Shown here: positions 41,754-55,589 of the stretch, piece by piece
Layout: the number at the start of each line of letters is the position of its first letter
How positions within the stretch are numbered: position 1 is the first letter of the stretch
The notes under the pieces: generated by a model
The model's database searches: none
What the model was told of the DNA's origin: nothing
Seen by the model: only the letters and a program-made list of their open reading frames with translations
Assembly: GCA_964016885.1 (NCBI GenBank)
Contig: OZ024752.1
Location: 11,718,001-11,782,000, forward strand
Length of the DNA: 64,000 nt
From: Eledone cirrhosa
Taxonomy: Eukaryota
Direction of reading: 5' to 3'
Translations under genes and position numbers: made by a program

Positions 41754-41787
41754 ATAATAAAATATATATATATTGTATATAGTAATA

Positions 41788-41972
41788 GTTGTTTTTACTT
41801 TTGGCACAAGGCCAGCAATTACCCAGTGCATTACTGGTACTTTATTTTATCGACCCGTAAGGACGAAAGGCAAAGTTAACCTCGACGGGATTTGAACTCA
41901 GACCGTATAGGGACGTAACTATGCTGAAAAGCATGGCGTCCGACCCTCTACCGATACTGCCAATTCACCACC
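41788..41972 (-). mobile_element. tRNA-derived SINE
   Basis: Family consensus. Confidence 0.9.
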
Positions 41973-41977
41973 CTTCG

Positions 41978-42778
<801 letters not shown>

Positions 42779-42914
42779 GTGTGTATATATAACGGCGATG
42801 AATTAGTTTTGCGAGGTTTTTTATATGAAGTCGTGTGTCGAAACAAATATTGTTATACTTGGGGAGGGTCATATTTGTGTAATAACATTGCCAGAATTAA
42901 TAACAGAACACACT

Positions 42915-43232
42915 CACTGTAAAACTAGAAACGTAGTCTATAGCATAAGATGTACAGAGGGTGCTTGCAGAAACATGACAACAACATACATAGGCGAGAC
43001 AGCTCGTAGCATAGGTGAAAGGATAGACCAACACTGGGAGGAACTAAAAGGACGAAAAACGGTTCAGTACTATACGAACATGCCAGACAACAACACGACG
43101 GTAATATAGACAACATAGAAATTAGAATAAATATCTAAACATAGAAATGACCCAGCAGATAGGCAAATCAGAGAGGCCAGTGAAATAGAACTTAGCAGGC
43201 CAAAGCTGAACAGAAAAAATGAATGGAATAAC
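42915..43232 (+). pseudogene. GIY-YIG (Uri) endonuclease remnant of Penelope-like type, frameshifted
   Basis: CKTRNVVYSIRC...YIGETARSIGERIDQH, then in shifted frames SVLYEHARQQHDG and RQIREASEIELSRPKLNRKNEW. Confidence 0.88.
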
Positions 43233-43524
43233 AGCAACACCCAAACAAACAAAACTGACCTAAGAGAAGTATAAATAAATAAATAAATAAATAAATAAAT
43301 ACATACATACACAAGCACAATAACAACAAACATATAAACACACACTAGTAAACTAAGATAGACTACAATAACCAAAGCACAGTCACCCAAACACGAACAC
43401 ACATCAAACACTATACACACACGCAAACGCATGCGCAGAGAAGAAGATAAAAATAAATAAATAAATAAATAAACGGATTAAATAAAGATGGCGAAGACAT
43501 ACAATACAACAGAAGGAAACATAA

Positions 43525-43576
43525 TAGTACCACTGATGGTGTTGCAGATGTGCAACGAAAGAACTTTGTTAGACTA
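43525..43576 (+). ncRNA. Hammerhead motif in the 3' region of the Penelope-like element (core CTGATGG, probably decayed)
   Basis: tagtacca CTGATGG t GTTGCA gatg TGCAAC GAAAG aa CTT tgttagacta; same stem III as family E. Confidence 0.7.
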
Positions 43577-43762
43577 TATATATGTGTTTGTGTCTATATT
43601 ATATCTGTATTTTTGACAGTTGGTCAGTCAATGGTAACATTGAGGACCGAATAAATTAAATTAACTGATATAAAAGATTCAGAAGCGAAAACCAACCAAA
43701 CAGTCAGTGTGTTCTGTTATTAATTCTGGCAATATTGTTACACACATATGACCCTCCCCAAG

Positions 43763-43793
<31 letters not shown>

Positions 43794-43798
<5 letters not shown>

Positions 43799-43932
43799 TT
43801 TCATTCGTGAGAAATCATCACGAATGAAACAGTTCTAGTCCTGTAGAATCTTTTCTATATTAAACATTTATACTCTGTTATGTATTGAGTACCTTACTTA
43901 CTGTGGTTACCTCCGATTGAACCCGGAATAAC
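43794..43932 (+). mobile_element. Family A mini-foldback that turns inside hammerhead stem II
   Basis: aactgtttcattcgtga gaaatca tcacgaatgaaacagtt followed by the family A tail. Confidence 0.8.
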
Positions 43933-43952
43933 TTATATATATATATGCGTGG

Positions 43953-44051
<99 letters not shown>

Positions 44052-44140
44052 TATTTGCTCTACGGTTCTTATATATTTGATATATATTTATCCTTATCGA
44101 GCCCTCTTTGGATTTTAGTCTTCAAATTTATTGTTATTAC

Positions 44141-44236
<96 letters not shown>

Positions 44237-44867
44237 GCAGAAGAAAAGGGTAACAATATATAACAGTATATAATATCTACATTGTACAATGCTACCATAT
44301 TTCCCAAGATTTTATATGCCATATGGTTGTGGAGAAGGACAATTCCGATCATCTTTGCTGGCAGCAGAAAACATTATATTACAGAGACGATGCTTGCCAG
44401 AAGGTAATAACAAGTTAAATTATTCAGATTTATGCAGTTGGAACTTCAAACTATCTTCATATACTACAAACTACTATTTCCTAATAAATCTTTTTATTTT
44501 CTACACAAGACGAACCGCTGATCTCGTATAGAATTTATAAATATGTACACACGACGCCATATATAATATGATATTCTTTCATACATTGCCATGATAGTAA
44601 TAACTTTGTTTGTGTTTGTGGAATATTTTTATTTTCCATTGCAACTTATAAGATTTATGTTCTGCTCCACATGTTTAACAGTTTACAAACAGGCAACCTG
44701 GTAGTAACATATTTTATGAAGGATACGTATCAATCCATAAACTACACACAGAAAAACACGCACACGCTCGTATGTATGTGTGTACGTGTGCATACACACA
44801 CACACCCAATATATATATGTATATATATAAATATGTATATATGTATATATATATAAATATGTATATA

Positions 44868-44929
<62 letters not shown>

Positions 44930-45102
44930 TTTATGAATATTACATTCGCGTATATATATATATATATATATATATATACGCGAATGTAATATTCATAAAT
45001 ACATATATACGTACAAAAATACAAATACACATACTTTCATGTATATATATATATACATGAAAGTATGTGTATATGCATTTATGAATATTACATACATATA
45101 TC

Positions 45103-45133
<31 letters not shown>

Positions 45134-45759
45134 GTTTGTATGCGTATATATATAGAGTGAGAGAGAGAGGGGCGGGGATACATAGATAGGTATACGTGTT
45201 GATTTACATATATATATATATATATATTTACATATATATTTTTTTGTATATATATCTTTATATGAATATATGGGTGTGGGTGTTTGTGTGTGTGTGTGTA
45301 TGTATGTGTGTGTGTGTGTGAGAAAGAGAGAGAGAGGGGGGGTGTTATAACGGGTTTCCTAATTGGTAGCAGATTACACGATGATGTAATACAGAAAGAG
45401 CACTCGATGACATGTGTATGATATTTTATCGATTTTGATATGATATGGAATAAAGAAGTCAATAAATAAGACAAGAGTAAGACTTCATTTCATAGTTTTT
45501 GACTTACACAATAGCCACTATACGTATTTCTGTTGTGGGGTGGCGACATCATGATACCATGTCGCAATGCATGTCACGCTCTTTCCAGATGGCAGAAGAC
45601 AATTGATATGGAATCAGTGTACAAAGTAGCACAATGTAGTGATAGGGAGAATGTCTAAACATTCTAGGGTCGCTATTTCAATGGCTTATCTCCGTATGGG
45701 GATTAATATTTTCCTATTTCTTATAATCTTCTCTTGTGACGCTAATCTCCCCCAGTTGC

Positions 45760-46487
45760 AGACTGCGCATCAACATCTGATATCTCTCTCCACAAAGTTC
45801 GATCACCAGCAGCAGAGTTCAAAGAGCAAAGATCAAGTCCAGTCTATAAGTTATCAAGCCATTGTTTTGGCCGCCGGCCTCTGCTTCTTTTACCAGCCAA
45901 CCTTCCTTCTAGGAATATATAATTGTTTCTACTTTTGGCACAAGGCCAGCAATTATCCAGTACATTACTGGTACTTTATTTTATCGACCCCGTAAGGATG
46001 AAAGATAAAGTTAACCTCGACAGGATTTCAACTCAGATCGTAAAGTGACGTAACTATGCTAGAAGGCATGGCGTCCAACCCTCTTCCGATACTGCCAATT
46101 CACCGCCCTAGGAATATAAAATACCTTTCGATCACCAACAGCAGAGTTCAAAGAGCAAAGATCAAGACTAGTCCATAAGCTGACATTGTCAAGCCATCGT
46201 TTTGGCTGCCGGCCTCTGCTCCTCTTACCAGCCAACCTTCCTTCCAAGCATAACCTACTCGCACCACGAGTTGGTCTTTTTATATGGCCGTATAGTTTGA
46301 GTACTCTTGACTTGACAATTGATGTGTTATATGGTCTTGACTGTGTTAATTGAACGACAAGGTCACTTCAGAAGCTCTCTACATTCCAGAACCACATCAT
46401 GAGACTTATGACTGGCAAGTGGCTCAGCAACCGTATCTGTATCAGTGAGCTGCTCAACATTACAAAACTTAGACCAGTTACATCAAT
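45760..46487 (-). pseudogene. RTE-clade non-LTR 3' remnant with a 5' inversion, partial duplication and nested SINE (45922-46108)
   Basis: - strand TSIVKSRVLKLYGHIKR...LEGRLAGKRSRGRQPKRWLDNV; + strand 46369-46487 KLSTFQNHIMRLMTGKWLSNRICISELL..RPVTSI; SINE TSD ctaggaatata. Confidence 0.75.
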
Positions 46488-46510
46488 TTCTTATAATAAT
46501 TATCATTATT

Positions 46511-46697
46511 GGTAGATTGGCAGTATCGGTAGAGGGTCGGACGCCATGCTTTGACGCATAGAGTTACGGCCCTTGTCATTCTGAGTTCAAATCTCGCCGC
46601 GGTTAACTTTGCCTTTCATCCTTACGGGGTCGATAAAATAAAGTACCAGTAATACACTGGATAATTGCTGGCCTTGTGCCAAATATAGAAACAATTA
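46511..46697 (+). mobile_element. tRNA-derived SINE
   Basis: Family consensus. Confidence 0.9.
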
Positions 46698-46942
46698 TTA
46701 TTATATACCAGACAACACGTGGCCTGTTCACCTTCACTTCAAAATATTTATTTTAAATCATGTTCACTTAGAATTAATTTCTAAATAATTAAATAATTAA
46801 AATATACACTGACATGTATATAATGTGAAATGAAACTGGAAGGCCCATATATATATGTGTGTGTATATATATATATAAATGTCTGTGTGTGTTTATATAT
46901 ATATATATATATATATAAATGTGTGTGTGTATGTATACATAC

Positions 46943-47006
<64 letters not shown>

Positions 47007-47040
47007 GTGGGTGTCTGTGATCTATATACACTGGTCATAG

Positions 47041-47071
<31 letters not shown>

Positions 47072-47116
47072 TATATATACATAGACACTCACATATATAT
47101 GCACAACACCACCACC

Positions 47117-47171
<55 letters not shown>

Positions 47172-47682
47172 ACTCCTTCTCTGTCTCCTCTCTCCATCTC
47201 TCTCTCGCTCTTTTCCTCTCTCTCCCTCTATGTCTCTCTCTCAATCTACTCTCTCACAACCACTATCTCTTTCTCTCTATCCTCCTTTCTCTCTCTGTTT
47301 AAGAAGGTATCCAGAAAACCCCGTATCCCGGGAACCCGTGGTCCGATTTACGCGAAACTTGTGTTATTCCATTTGTATTCCCATTTCAGGGGCAACTTCC
47401 TTTCAAAGTATTTTCCCATTATGCACCCCTTTGACTGTATTCCATTACAGACAAGCAAGCAATCACAGAATTTTAGTAATATATAGATGTATGCCCCCCC
47501 CCCCCGCTCTTAGTTCCATTATTCTTTATTTGAATATATTAGTAATGTTTTTGTTTTTTTCTTAAGGATTCGTTTAGTTTTATTATTTTATGAAATACGT
47601 GTTTCATTCACAATAAACTAATATATCAAGACTACCGCTTCGGTTTGTTTAATATTTTACAATTTGCTAAATATGTGTCGGA

Positions 47683-48458
47683 TTAACCCTTTAGCATTTA
47701 CATTACACTATATATACTATTATATTTTCATGGCAAAGGCTTTACCTCACATAATATCTCACACAACATTTACATTACACTATATATACTATTATATTTT
47801 CATGGCAAAGGCTTTACCTCACATAATATCTCACACAACATTTACATTACACTCTATTTACTATTATATTTTCATGGCAAAGGCTTTACCTCACATAATA
47901 TCTCACACAACATTTACATTACACTATTATATTTTCATGGCAAAGGCTTTACCTCACATAATATCTCACACAACATTTACATTACACTATATTTACTATT
48001 ATATTTTCATGGCAAAGGCTTTACCTCACATAATATCTCACATAACATTTACATTACACTATATTTACTATTATATTTTCATAACAAAGGCTTTACCTCA
48101 CATAATATTGAATCTATGATATTTTGATATTATTATTTTGAGAAAAATAAGGGCGGTGGATTGGCAGTATCAGGAGAGGGTCGGACGCCATGCTTTCTAG
48201 CATAGTTACGTCCCTTTATGATCTGAATACAAATCCCGCCGAGGTTAACTTTGCCTTTCATCCTTACGGGGTCGATAAAATAAAGTACCATTTATGCACT
48301 GGAATAATTGCTGGCCTTGTGCCAAAAAAGTAGAAACAATTATTATTTTGAGAAAAATACCTTAACATAAGTATGAGTGGCCAGTTACGGCCAGTTTGAA
48401 CAGAAAGAGGTGAGAGAGTTCGGGCCAGATATGGCCGGTTTAAATGCTAAAGTAGTAA
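47683..48458 (+). mobile_element. piggyBac-like MITE with a 72-bp x6 internal array (47695-48108) and nested SINE (48150-48340)
   Basis: TTAA-ccctttagcattta ... taaatgctaaag; SINE TSD ttattattttgagaaaaata; simple copy at 59244-59472. Confidence 0.85.
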
Positions 48459-49124
48459 CTTTTTTATGAACTGGATTCCTCTGAATTTCCATACTTCCCG
48501 AAATATCTCATCAATTGAATCGACGTATTTGTGGCTTTATGAGCTCTGTTTGATCTTGTTTATTTTAGGAAATACATTTTTTTCATTTCCAGTATATTTC
48601 TGATACAGATTGGGTTTTTCCCAACGTTTTCTATGATTTAACAGTAATATATGTTTGTATGTTTTTTTATTCGTTTGTCCTTCCATACTTTTCCGATATT
48701 TTCTGCTTTTTTTTTCTCACTCTCTTTGGTTAATAATAAACTAGTGGTGTTGGGCTTGTTTGACGTTCCATACTTTATGAAATGCTTCTTTGATTTAACA
48801 ATTCATTACTGATGCTTTCGGGGTTTCTATTGATCTTCCACTTTTAAAATGCTTCTTTCTTTTGAATTATATTTCTCGTGATATTGTCTGGGTGCGCTTG
48901 ACCTTCCATACTTTACAATAACACATTTTCATTTTAATTTACTGCATGAACGGTGTTGTTTTCGTAGCGAAAGTTGCTTCGTTGTTACGTTTGTTTTTTT
49001 TTTTTTGTTTGTTGTTATTTTTTGCTCTTTTTTGTTTGTTTTTTCATCTGCCGAGAGCAGTTGGTTCTAATTTGCGTACAATTCTTAATAATCGAAAGAG
49101 TTCTTATTTGAATAACGTGAAGCA

Positions 49125-49450
49125 ATGAATTGGCAAAGTCGTTAGAATGTCAAATAGAAGCAAATCTGTGGTTCTCGTTCTGGCTTTGTGCTCTGAGTTC
49201 AAATCCCGCTAAGGTTAACTTTATATTTAATAATTACGGGGTCGATAAAATAAAGTACCAGTCACGCACTGGGGTCGGTTTAATCGACTTTCACCTCCCC
49301 CCCAAAAAAAAATTACTGGCCTTGTGCCTATACAAGAAATCATTATTTGAATAATGTAGGGCGGTGGATTGGCAGAGTCGTTAGAACATCAAATAGAATG
49401 TTCTCGTTCTGGCTTTGTGCTCTGAGTTCAAATTCCACCTAGATCAACTC
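49125..49450 (+). mobile_element. Two older SINE copies
   Basis: Diverged heads with the family core. Confidence 0.75.
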
Positions 49451-49467
49451 TTCCAATTTAGTTTAAG

Positions 49468-50989
49468 CAGGGACGTGCAACAGGGGGCCCGCGGGCCACA
49501 ATCCGGCCCACCAGACCAGTCAGAGTGGCCCGCGATGACCGTTTTTAATTTTTACCTTGTAGGCTTATTTAGAATTTTGTTCGTAACTGTAAAACAATTT
49601 TCTGTTAGTTGACCTATACTAAAGGGCTTCACTGATAGGGTTGCGTGTGTTATAATTTCCCAGTTGACCTATACTAAAGGGCTTCACTGATAGGGTTGCG
49701 TGTGTTATAATTTCCCAGTTGACCTATACTAAAGGGCTTCACTGATAGGGTTGCGTGTGTTATAATTTCCCAGTTAACCTATACTAAAGGGCTTCACTGA
49801 TAGGGTTGCGTGTGTTATAATTTCCCAGTTGACCTATACTAAAGGGCTTCACTGATAGGGTTATGTGTTATAATTTCCCAGTTGACCTATACTAAAGGGC
49901 TTCACTGATAGGGTTATGTGTGTTATAATTTCCCAGTTGACCTATACTAAAGGGCTTCACTGATAGGGTTATGTGTTATAATTTCCCAGTTGCCTATACT
50001 AAAGGGCTTCACTGATAGGGTTGCGTGTGTTATAATTTCCCAGTTGACCTATACTAAAGGGCTTCACTGATAGGGTTATGTGTGTTACAATTTCCCAGTT
50101 GACCTATACTAAAGGGCTTCACTGATAGGGTTGCGTGTGTTATAATTTCCCAGTTGACCTATACTAAAGGGCTTCACTGATAGGGTTATGTGTGTTATAA
50201 TTTCCCAGTTGACCTATACTAAAGGGCTTCACTGATAGGGTTGCGTGTGTTATAATTTCCCAGTTGACCTATACTAAAGGGCTTCACTGATAGGGTTGCG
50301 TGTGTTATAATTTCCCAGTTGACCTATACTAAAGGGCTTCACTGATAGGGTTGCGTGTGTTATAATTTCCCAGTTGACCTATACTAAAGGGCTTCACTGA
50401 TAGGGTTGCGTGTGTTATAATTTCCCAGTTGACCTATACTAAAGGGCTTCACTGATAGGGCTATGTGTGTTATAATTTCCCAGTTGACCTATACTAAAGG
50501 GCTTCACTGATAGGGCTATGTGTGTCATAATTTCCCAGTTGACCTATACTAAAGGGCTTCACTGATTGGGCTATGTGTGTTATAATTTCCCAGTTGACCT
50601 ATACTAAAGGGCTTCACTGATAGGGCTATGTGTGTTATAATTTCCCAGTTGACCTATACTAAAGGGCTTCACTGATAGGGCTATGTGTGTTATAATTTCC
50701 CAGTTGACCTATACTAAAGGGCTTCACTGATAGGGTTATGTGTGTTATAATTTCCCAGTTCCATGTTATGGAAAGAAGTTGTGGTGAATCTTTGGAATAG
50801 AGCTAAATAAATATTAATGGCCCTAATAGTTGTTCTGATAGGATTGTGTGTGTTATAATTTCCCAGTTCCATGTTATGGAAAGAAGTTGTGGTGCATCTT
50901 TGGAATAGAGCTAAATAAATATTAATGGCCCTAATAGTTGTTCCAATGTTCAAAAGTGACCTGCCAATGGAACATGTTGCACACTCCTG
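49468..50989 (+). mobile_element. hAT-like MITE expanded by an internal satellite
   Basis: cagggacgtgcaaca / tgttgcacactcctg; homolog of 3326-3729. Confidence 0.8.
49608..50760. repeat. 55-bp satellite, ~21 copies
   Basis: gttgacctatactaaagggcttcactgatagggttgcgtgtgttataatttccca in tandem. Confidence 0.98.
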
Positions 50990-51820
50990 CGTTAGAGCGT
51001 CGGACACAATTCTTCGTGGCATAGGGTTACGGTCCTTTACGTTCTGAGTTCAAATCCCGCCGAGGTTAGCTTTGCCTTTCATCCTTATGAGCTCGATAGA
51101 ATAAAGTACCAGTAGGGCAGTAGGATCAATTTAATCGACCTTCCCCTCTACCTAAATAGTTGGCCTTGTGCCTAAATCATTAACGCACTGGGTAATTGCT
51201 GGCCTTGTGCCAAAAGTAGAAACTATTATTATATTTCTATACTAAAATGGTGGATTGGCAGTATCGGTAGAGCGTCGGCCAACATGCTTTGTGGCATTGA
51301 GTTACGGCCCTTTACGTTCTGAGTTCAAATCCCGCCGTTGTTAGCTTTGATTTGCTCGTAATACAGAGAGAAGGGAAGGCGAGAGAGGTGGAGTCGATGA
51401 CAGTGGGAGTTCGGCTCTTTTGCGTTTGGACCTGGTGTGCAGCGTCAGTTGTCCGTCTTGAAATGTTCTCTCACTCCCGTTATACACATATATACAACAA
51501 ATTTCCCACTCCCTTTCATTCTTGTGAAGGCGTGTGGCTGAGTGGTTAGAGAATTGGATTCACAATCTTGAGTTTGTGAGTTCGATTCCTGGGCTGGGCA
51601 ATGCGTTATGTCCTTGAGCAAGACACTTTATTTCACGTTGCTCCTTCTACCTGGAGTTGCGTCCGATAGATAGTATTAGCAATTGGAAAGACCAATGGAA
51701 ACACTGTTTCCTCGGTCCGATTTGATGAAATTTGATCATTCCTTTCATTCTTATGAGGTCGAAAGAAAAAGTACCCGTAATGCACTGGGGTCGATTTAAT
51801 CGACTTTCCCCTCTCCCCAC
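50990..51820 (+). mobile_element. SINE cluster including a second-type tRNA head (51527-51645)
   Basis: Family motifs; gtggctgagtggttaga (A box) and gagttcgattcct (B box). Confidence 0.75.
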
Positions 51821-52041
51821 TAAGTCTGTCCTGTCTTTTGGGACAGTAAATATCCTCAAATAAGGTCGAGCTGATCTTGTCCTTATCATCATAAAGACGT
51901 AATAACTACGTGTCTCAAGAACAAGTTAATAAACCCTTCCATGCATCCCTAAACATAAACAGAGGGTATCATAAATAAGGTCCTCTTGCTCCTGTCTCCA
52001 TCATCCTTATAAAGACGTATTAACTACAGACGTACTAACCT

Positions 52042-52240
52042 CAAACCTGCCAAACTCTAAAACTCAAACGGGGAGTACCATGAAAAAAAGTGCACCCAAA
52101 CGAGGAGAAATGAGGCAAAATGGGGAGATTTTACGAAATGAAAACTATACCCATTTTCACAAGAGAGGTCATCTCTTACCCACCCACCCCCAAAAGTGGG
52201 TTGGAAATCTCCCCGTCGGACGGGGAGACTTGACAGGTCT
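52042..52240. mobile_element. MITE with caaacctgccaa / ttgacaggtctg ends
   Basis: Second copy at 63298-63490. Confidence 0.75.
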
Positions 52241-52269
52241 GTATCTGTAAGTACGTATATCAAGAACAT

Positions 52270-52496
52270 ATTGACACAACCTTCCATCCGTTCCTTAACA
52301 TTACACATCTAGAGCCAGTGGTTATGAGAAATACTGTACCACATAATCACTGGAGGTCTTTCTCAAGCTACATCACATTGACACAACCTTCCATCCGTTC
52401 CTTAACATAGACATCACACATCTAGAGCCAGTGGTTATGAGAAATACTGTACCACATAATCACTGCAGGTCTTTCTCAAGCTACATCACATTGACC
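52270..52496. repeat. Tandem duplication, ~107-114-bp units
   Basis: attgacacaaccttccatccgttcc...ctacatcac occurs twice. Confidence 0.9.
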
Positions 52497-53108
52497 GGCC
52501 TCCCACTTTAGCTTGCTGTTGCTATACATACAGACATCTTACGTCTTTTTCAGCGAAATATCGCTCAACTGGTTAAACGGTTAATATTACTAGCATGTGT
52601 AGTGTGTATATTGATATTATACGCACGTATATATACATGTAGATATGATACATCAAATAAAATCGTAATTGACAATATATAATACATAGAAATTGAACGA
52701 AGACTTCTTTACACTGTCTTATGTAATCAGTAACGTAATCCATGATACATTAAAAAAGACGATATTATATATAAACTGCATTAGGAGAAAATTAGTGACA
52801 GAAAATTAGTGTTTATTTAAGCGATGGCCAACCGGAAGTGTTGACATTTCAGAAATTTTAAAAAAGTGAATCTTTAAATAAACAAAATATATTTAATCAA
52901 AAGCCACGAAATTTAGTAGATAAATTATGTAATATTCATTCATTATTTATTCAAAGTAATCCAACTTATTTTACTAATGGGATAAAAAAATTAGTAACCG
53001 TACGCAGTCCCGCGCTCCTTACTTTATTATAGTTTAGATAATCGATCGCCAACACACTCCAGCTTGTGGTTAACTGGTGTGATTTATACTCTGCCCTCTA
53101 TCTATCTG

Positions 53109-53143
<35 letters not shown>

Positions 53144-53179
53144 CTCTCTTTGTCTCTCCCCTTTCTCTCTATCTCTCTT

Positions 53180-53247
<68 letters not shown>

Positions 53248-53471
53248 TTTCTCTCTCTCTCTCCCTCGCTCAACAACACAATATTGTTTGAAAGGTTATA
53301 GCCATAAACCACACATGTATGACTGTCTGAAATTCTCTGTAACAAGGAAGTAGATTCGCTGAATGTTTTCCAATATATATAATCTTTATTTCATGTCTAG
53401 AATAATATCTTCTGTTTGGGCATATACGAGTAAGCACACAAACACGTGCATATACACATATCTATAGATAG

Positions 53472-53504
<33 letters not shown>

Positions 53505-53609
53505 TTATATTTACACAGATACGTATAGATAGAAATATACATACATACACGCTTACACACATATATATATACATACATATAAACATACATACATGCATAC
53601 ATACATACA

Positions 53610-54655
53610 TGATGGTTGCCCCCTCGTTATCGAGTATGGCCATTGTACGATATACCATTATTAATAATTATTAATTAATTCTATCGTGCAATGCCTGTGC
53701 GTGAAGATATATTTTAAAGTGAGGAAAGACTGTGCACTGAGCCAATCCCACTCTCTGAGCGACAGTAACTATAACCCGAAAAGAAGAAAAGATCAACATC
53801 ATCGGTAACTACTGAGCCACAGGTTTTATATCGGAGTTATCCCAGTTTCCTGAGTTGCCTTCTCCTAGAAGAATGCCCTGACAAAGGATAGGGGTCCTTC
53901 ACTCCCAGTGGTTTAACCGCGCGATCGAGTGTCCAGCCTGACTATTTCTATGCCCCCGCGCATATACATACGCATGCACCCATGTATATATACATATACA
54001 TACATATGTACATGTGTATATACATATTTACACACTTTTGGATGGCTGTTGACTCTTATAAGTTCTTCCGCCCTTTGTCAGGTTTTGTTTTTTGTCCTGC
54101 AGGGTGTCCAACATCACCTCCTCACCAAGTAAATTTGGTGGGGTTGCCGGTTATGTCGCCGACGACCCGACCATGCGACAGGTTGTACTGGGTTACATGT
54201 TACCAGTAGCACTCAAGAGTGACCCGACATACATATATACATACATACATGGTGGCTGCCAACTCGTTTTCGAGTACGGCCACTATTTATATGCATGCAG
54301 GAGAACCCCTACCAATGCGTTGAACGAGTGTGACTTTTTAGTCCAGCCAGCGACTTGAAAACTCTGGTACAAACACTACACTTGTGACAATTATTGACAC
54401 ATAGTGCTGGGCCCATGGTACCATGTGACGACACGTGCAGAGAGATCTCCAGATATAAAGCAATGCCTGTGCCGTGAAGCTTTTATAGTGAGCAAAGGCA
54501 CTGCACAAAGCCAGTCCCACTCTCTTAACCAAGATGATATTTACCAAAAAGAAGAACAAGTCAACATCATTGGATACCATCAGAGTTGCAGGTGTTATAT
54601 CAGAGTTTTCCTTCTCCTAGAATTCTGCATTGACAAAGGCTAAGGGGTCATCTCA
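53610..54655 (-). mobile_element. Family K cluster: diverged 3' part (53610-53915), 5' part (54036-54230), younger 3' part (54251-54653)
   Basis: Homology to 25130-25740. Confidence 0.8.
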
Positions 54656-55069
54656 TACATACATACATACATACATACATACATACATACATTCATACAT
54701 ACATACATACATGCATGCATGCATGCATGCATACAAACATACATACATACATACATACATACATACATACATACATACATACATACATACATACATACAT
54801 ACATACAAACACCACTGAACCGTAATAGGTAGCAATAACGAGATCACTGCTATTCCGTTGATTATTGCATTATTGAAACCTTTATTCCGTTGATTATTGC
54901 ATTAATACTATCGTTCTTATTAACAATCAATCGTCCAAATAATTAACTATGTTCATTAACCTCATTACAACCCTGTTGCTTTCATCACTTTCACCTTTTC
55001 CCGATATTTAATAAACCACCACTCATTTCTTTTTCTCTCATTCCTCCAATCTCACTTACGCGCATTATA

Positions 55070-55242
55070 TCGTTACAGTGTCAGACTCGATGCTTTGCAT
55101 CATAGAGTTACGGCCCTTTACGTTTTGAGTTTAAATCCCGCCGAATTTAACTTTGCCGTTCATCCTTACGGAGTCAATAAAATAAAGTACCAGTAATGCA
55201 CTGAAGTAATTGCTTGCCTTGTCCCAAAGGGGGAAACAATTA
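55070..55242 (+). mobile_element. tRNA-derived SINE
   Basis: Family consensus. Confidence 0.8.
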
Positions 55243-55455
55243 TTATTAAGTAACTGTTCTGAAGAGTTTCGCGGATGGCAGCTGATCGCACAACTGGAGA
55301 TATATTTCAAGATGCATGATTACATTGAGCCAGTTAAACTGGGTGAAGTAATGGAAAAATGATGTATAATGTACTCTTGTGTTGGGTACTGTTTCTGCAA
55401 GCTTGCATACACAAACCTACGGATATATACATACATATATATATATATACATATA

Positions 55456-55589
<134 letters not shown>

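Larger units (their letters stand above)
42791..43767 (+). mobile_element. 5'-truncated Penelope-like element with an inverted pseudo-LTR piece at its 5' side
   Basis: 42849-42920 is the inverse of 43700-43767 and extends ~60 nt further (tail); GIY-YIG remnant and hammerhead lie between. Confidence 0.85.

Noticed and set aside
47664-48119. 151-aa repeat protein
   Set aside because: In-frame by-product of a 72-bp array inside a MITE
49608-50760. 55-bp array as CRISPR or tandem retrozyme (contains ctgatag)
   Set aside because: No unique spacers; CTGATAG is not CTGANGA and there is no GAAA box
51527-51600. tRNA gene
   Set aside because: A/B boxes present but no complete cloverleaf; continues into a SINE body
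52820-52845. Promoter-like gatggc / ccggaagt motifs
   Set aside because: Short motifs with no associated gene or other support
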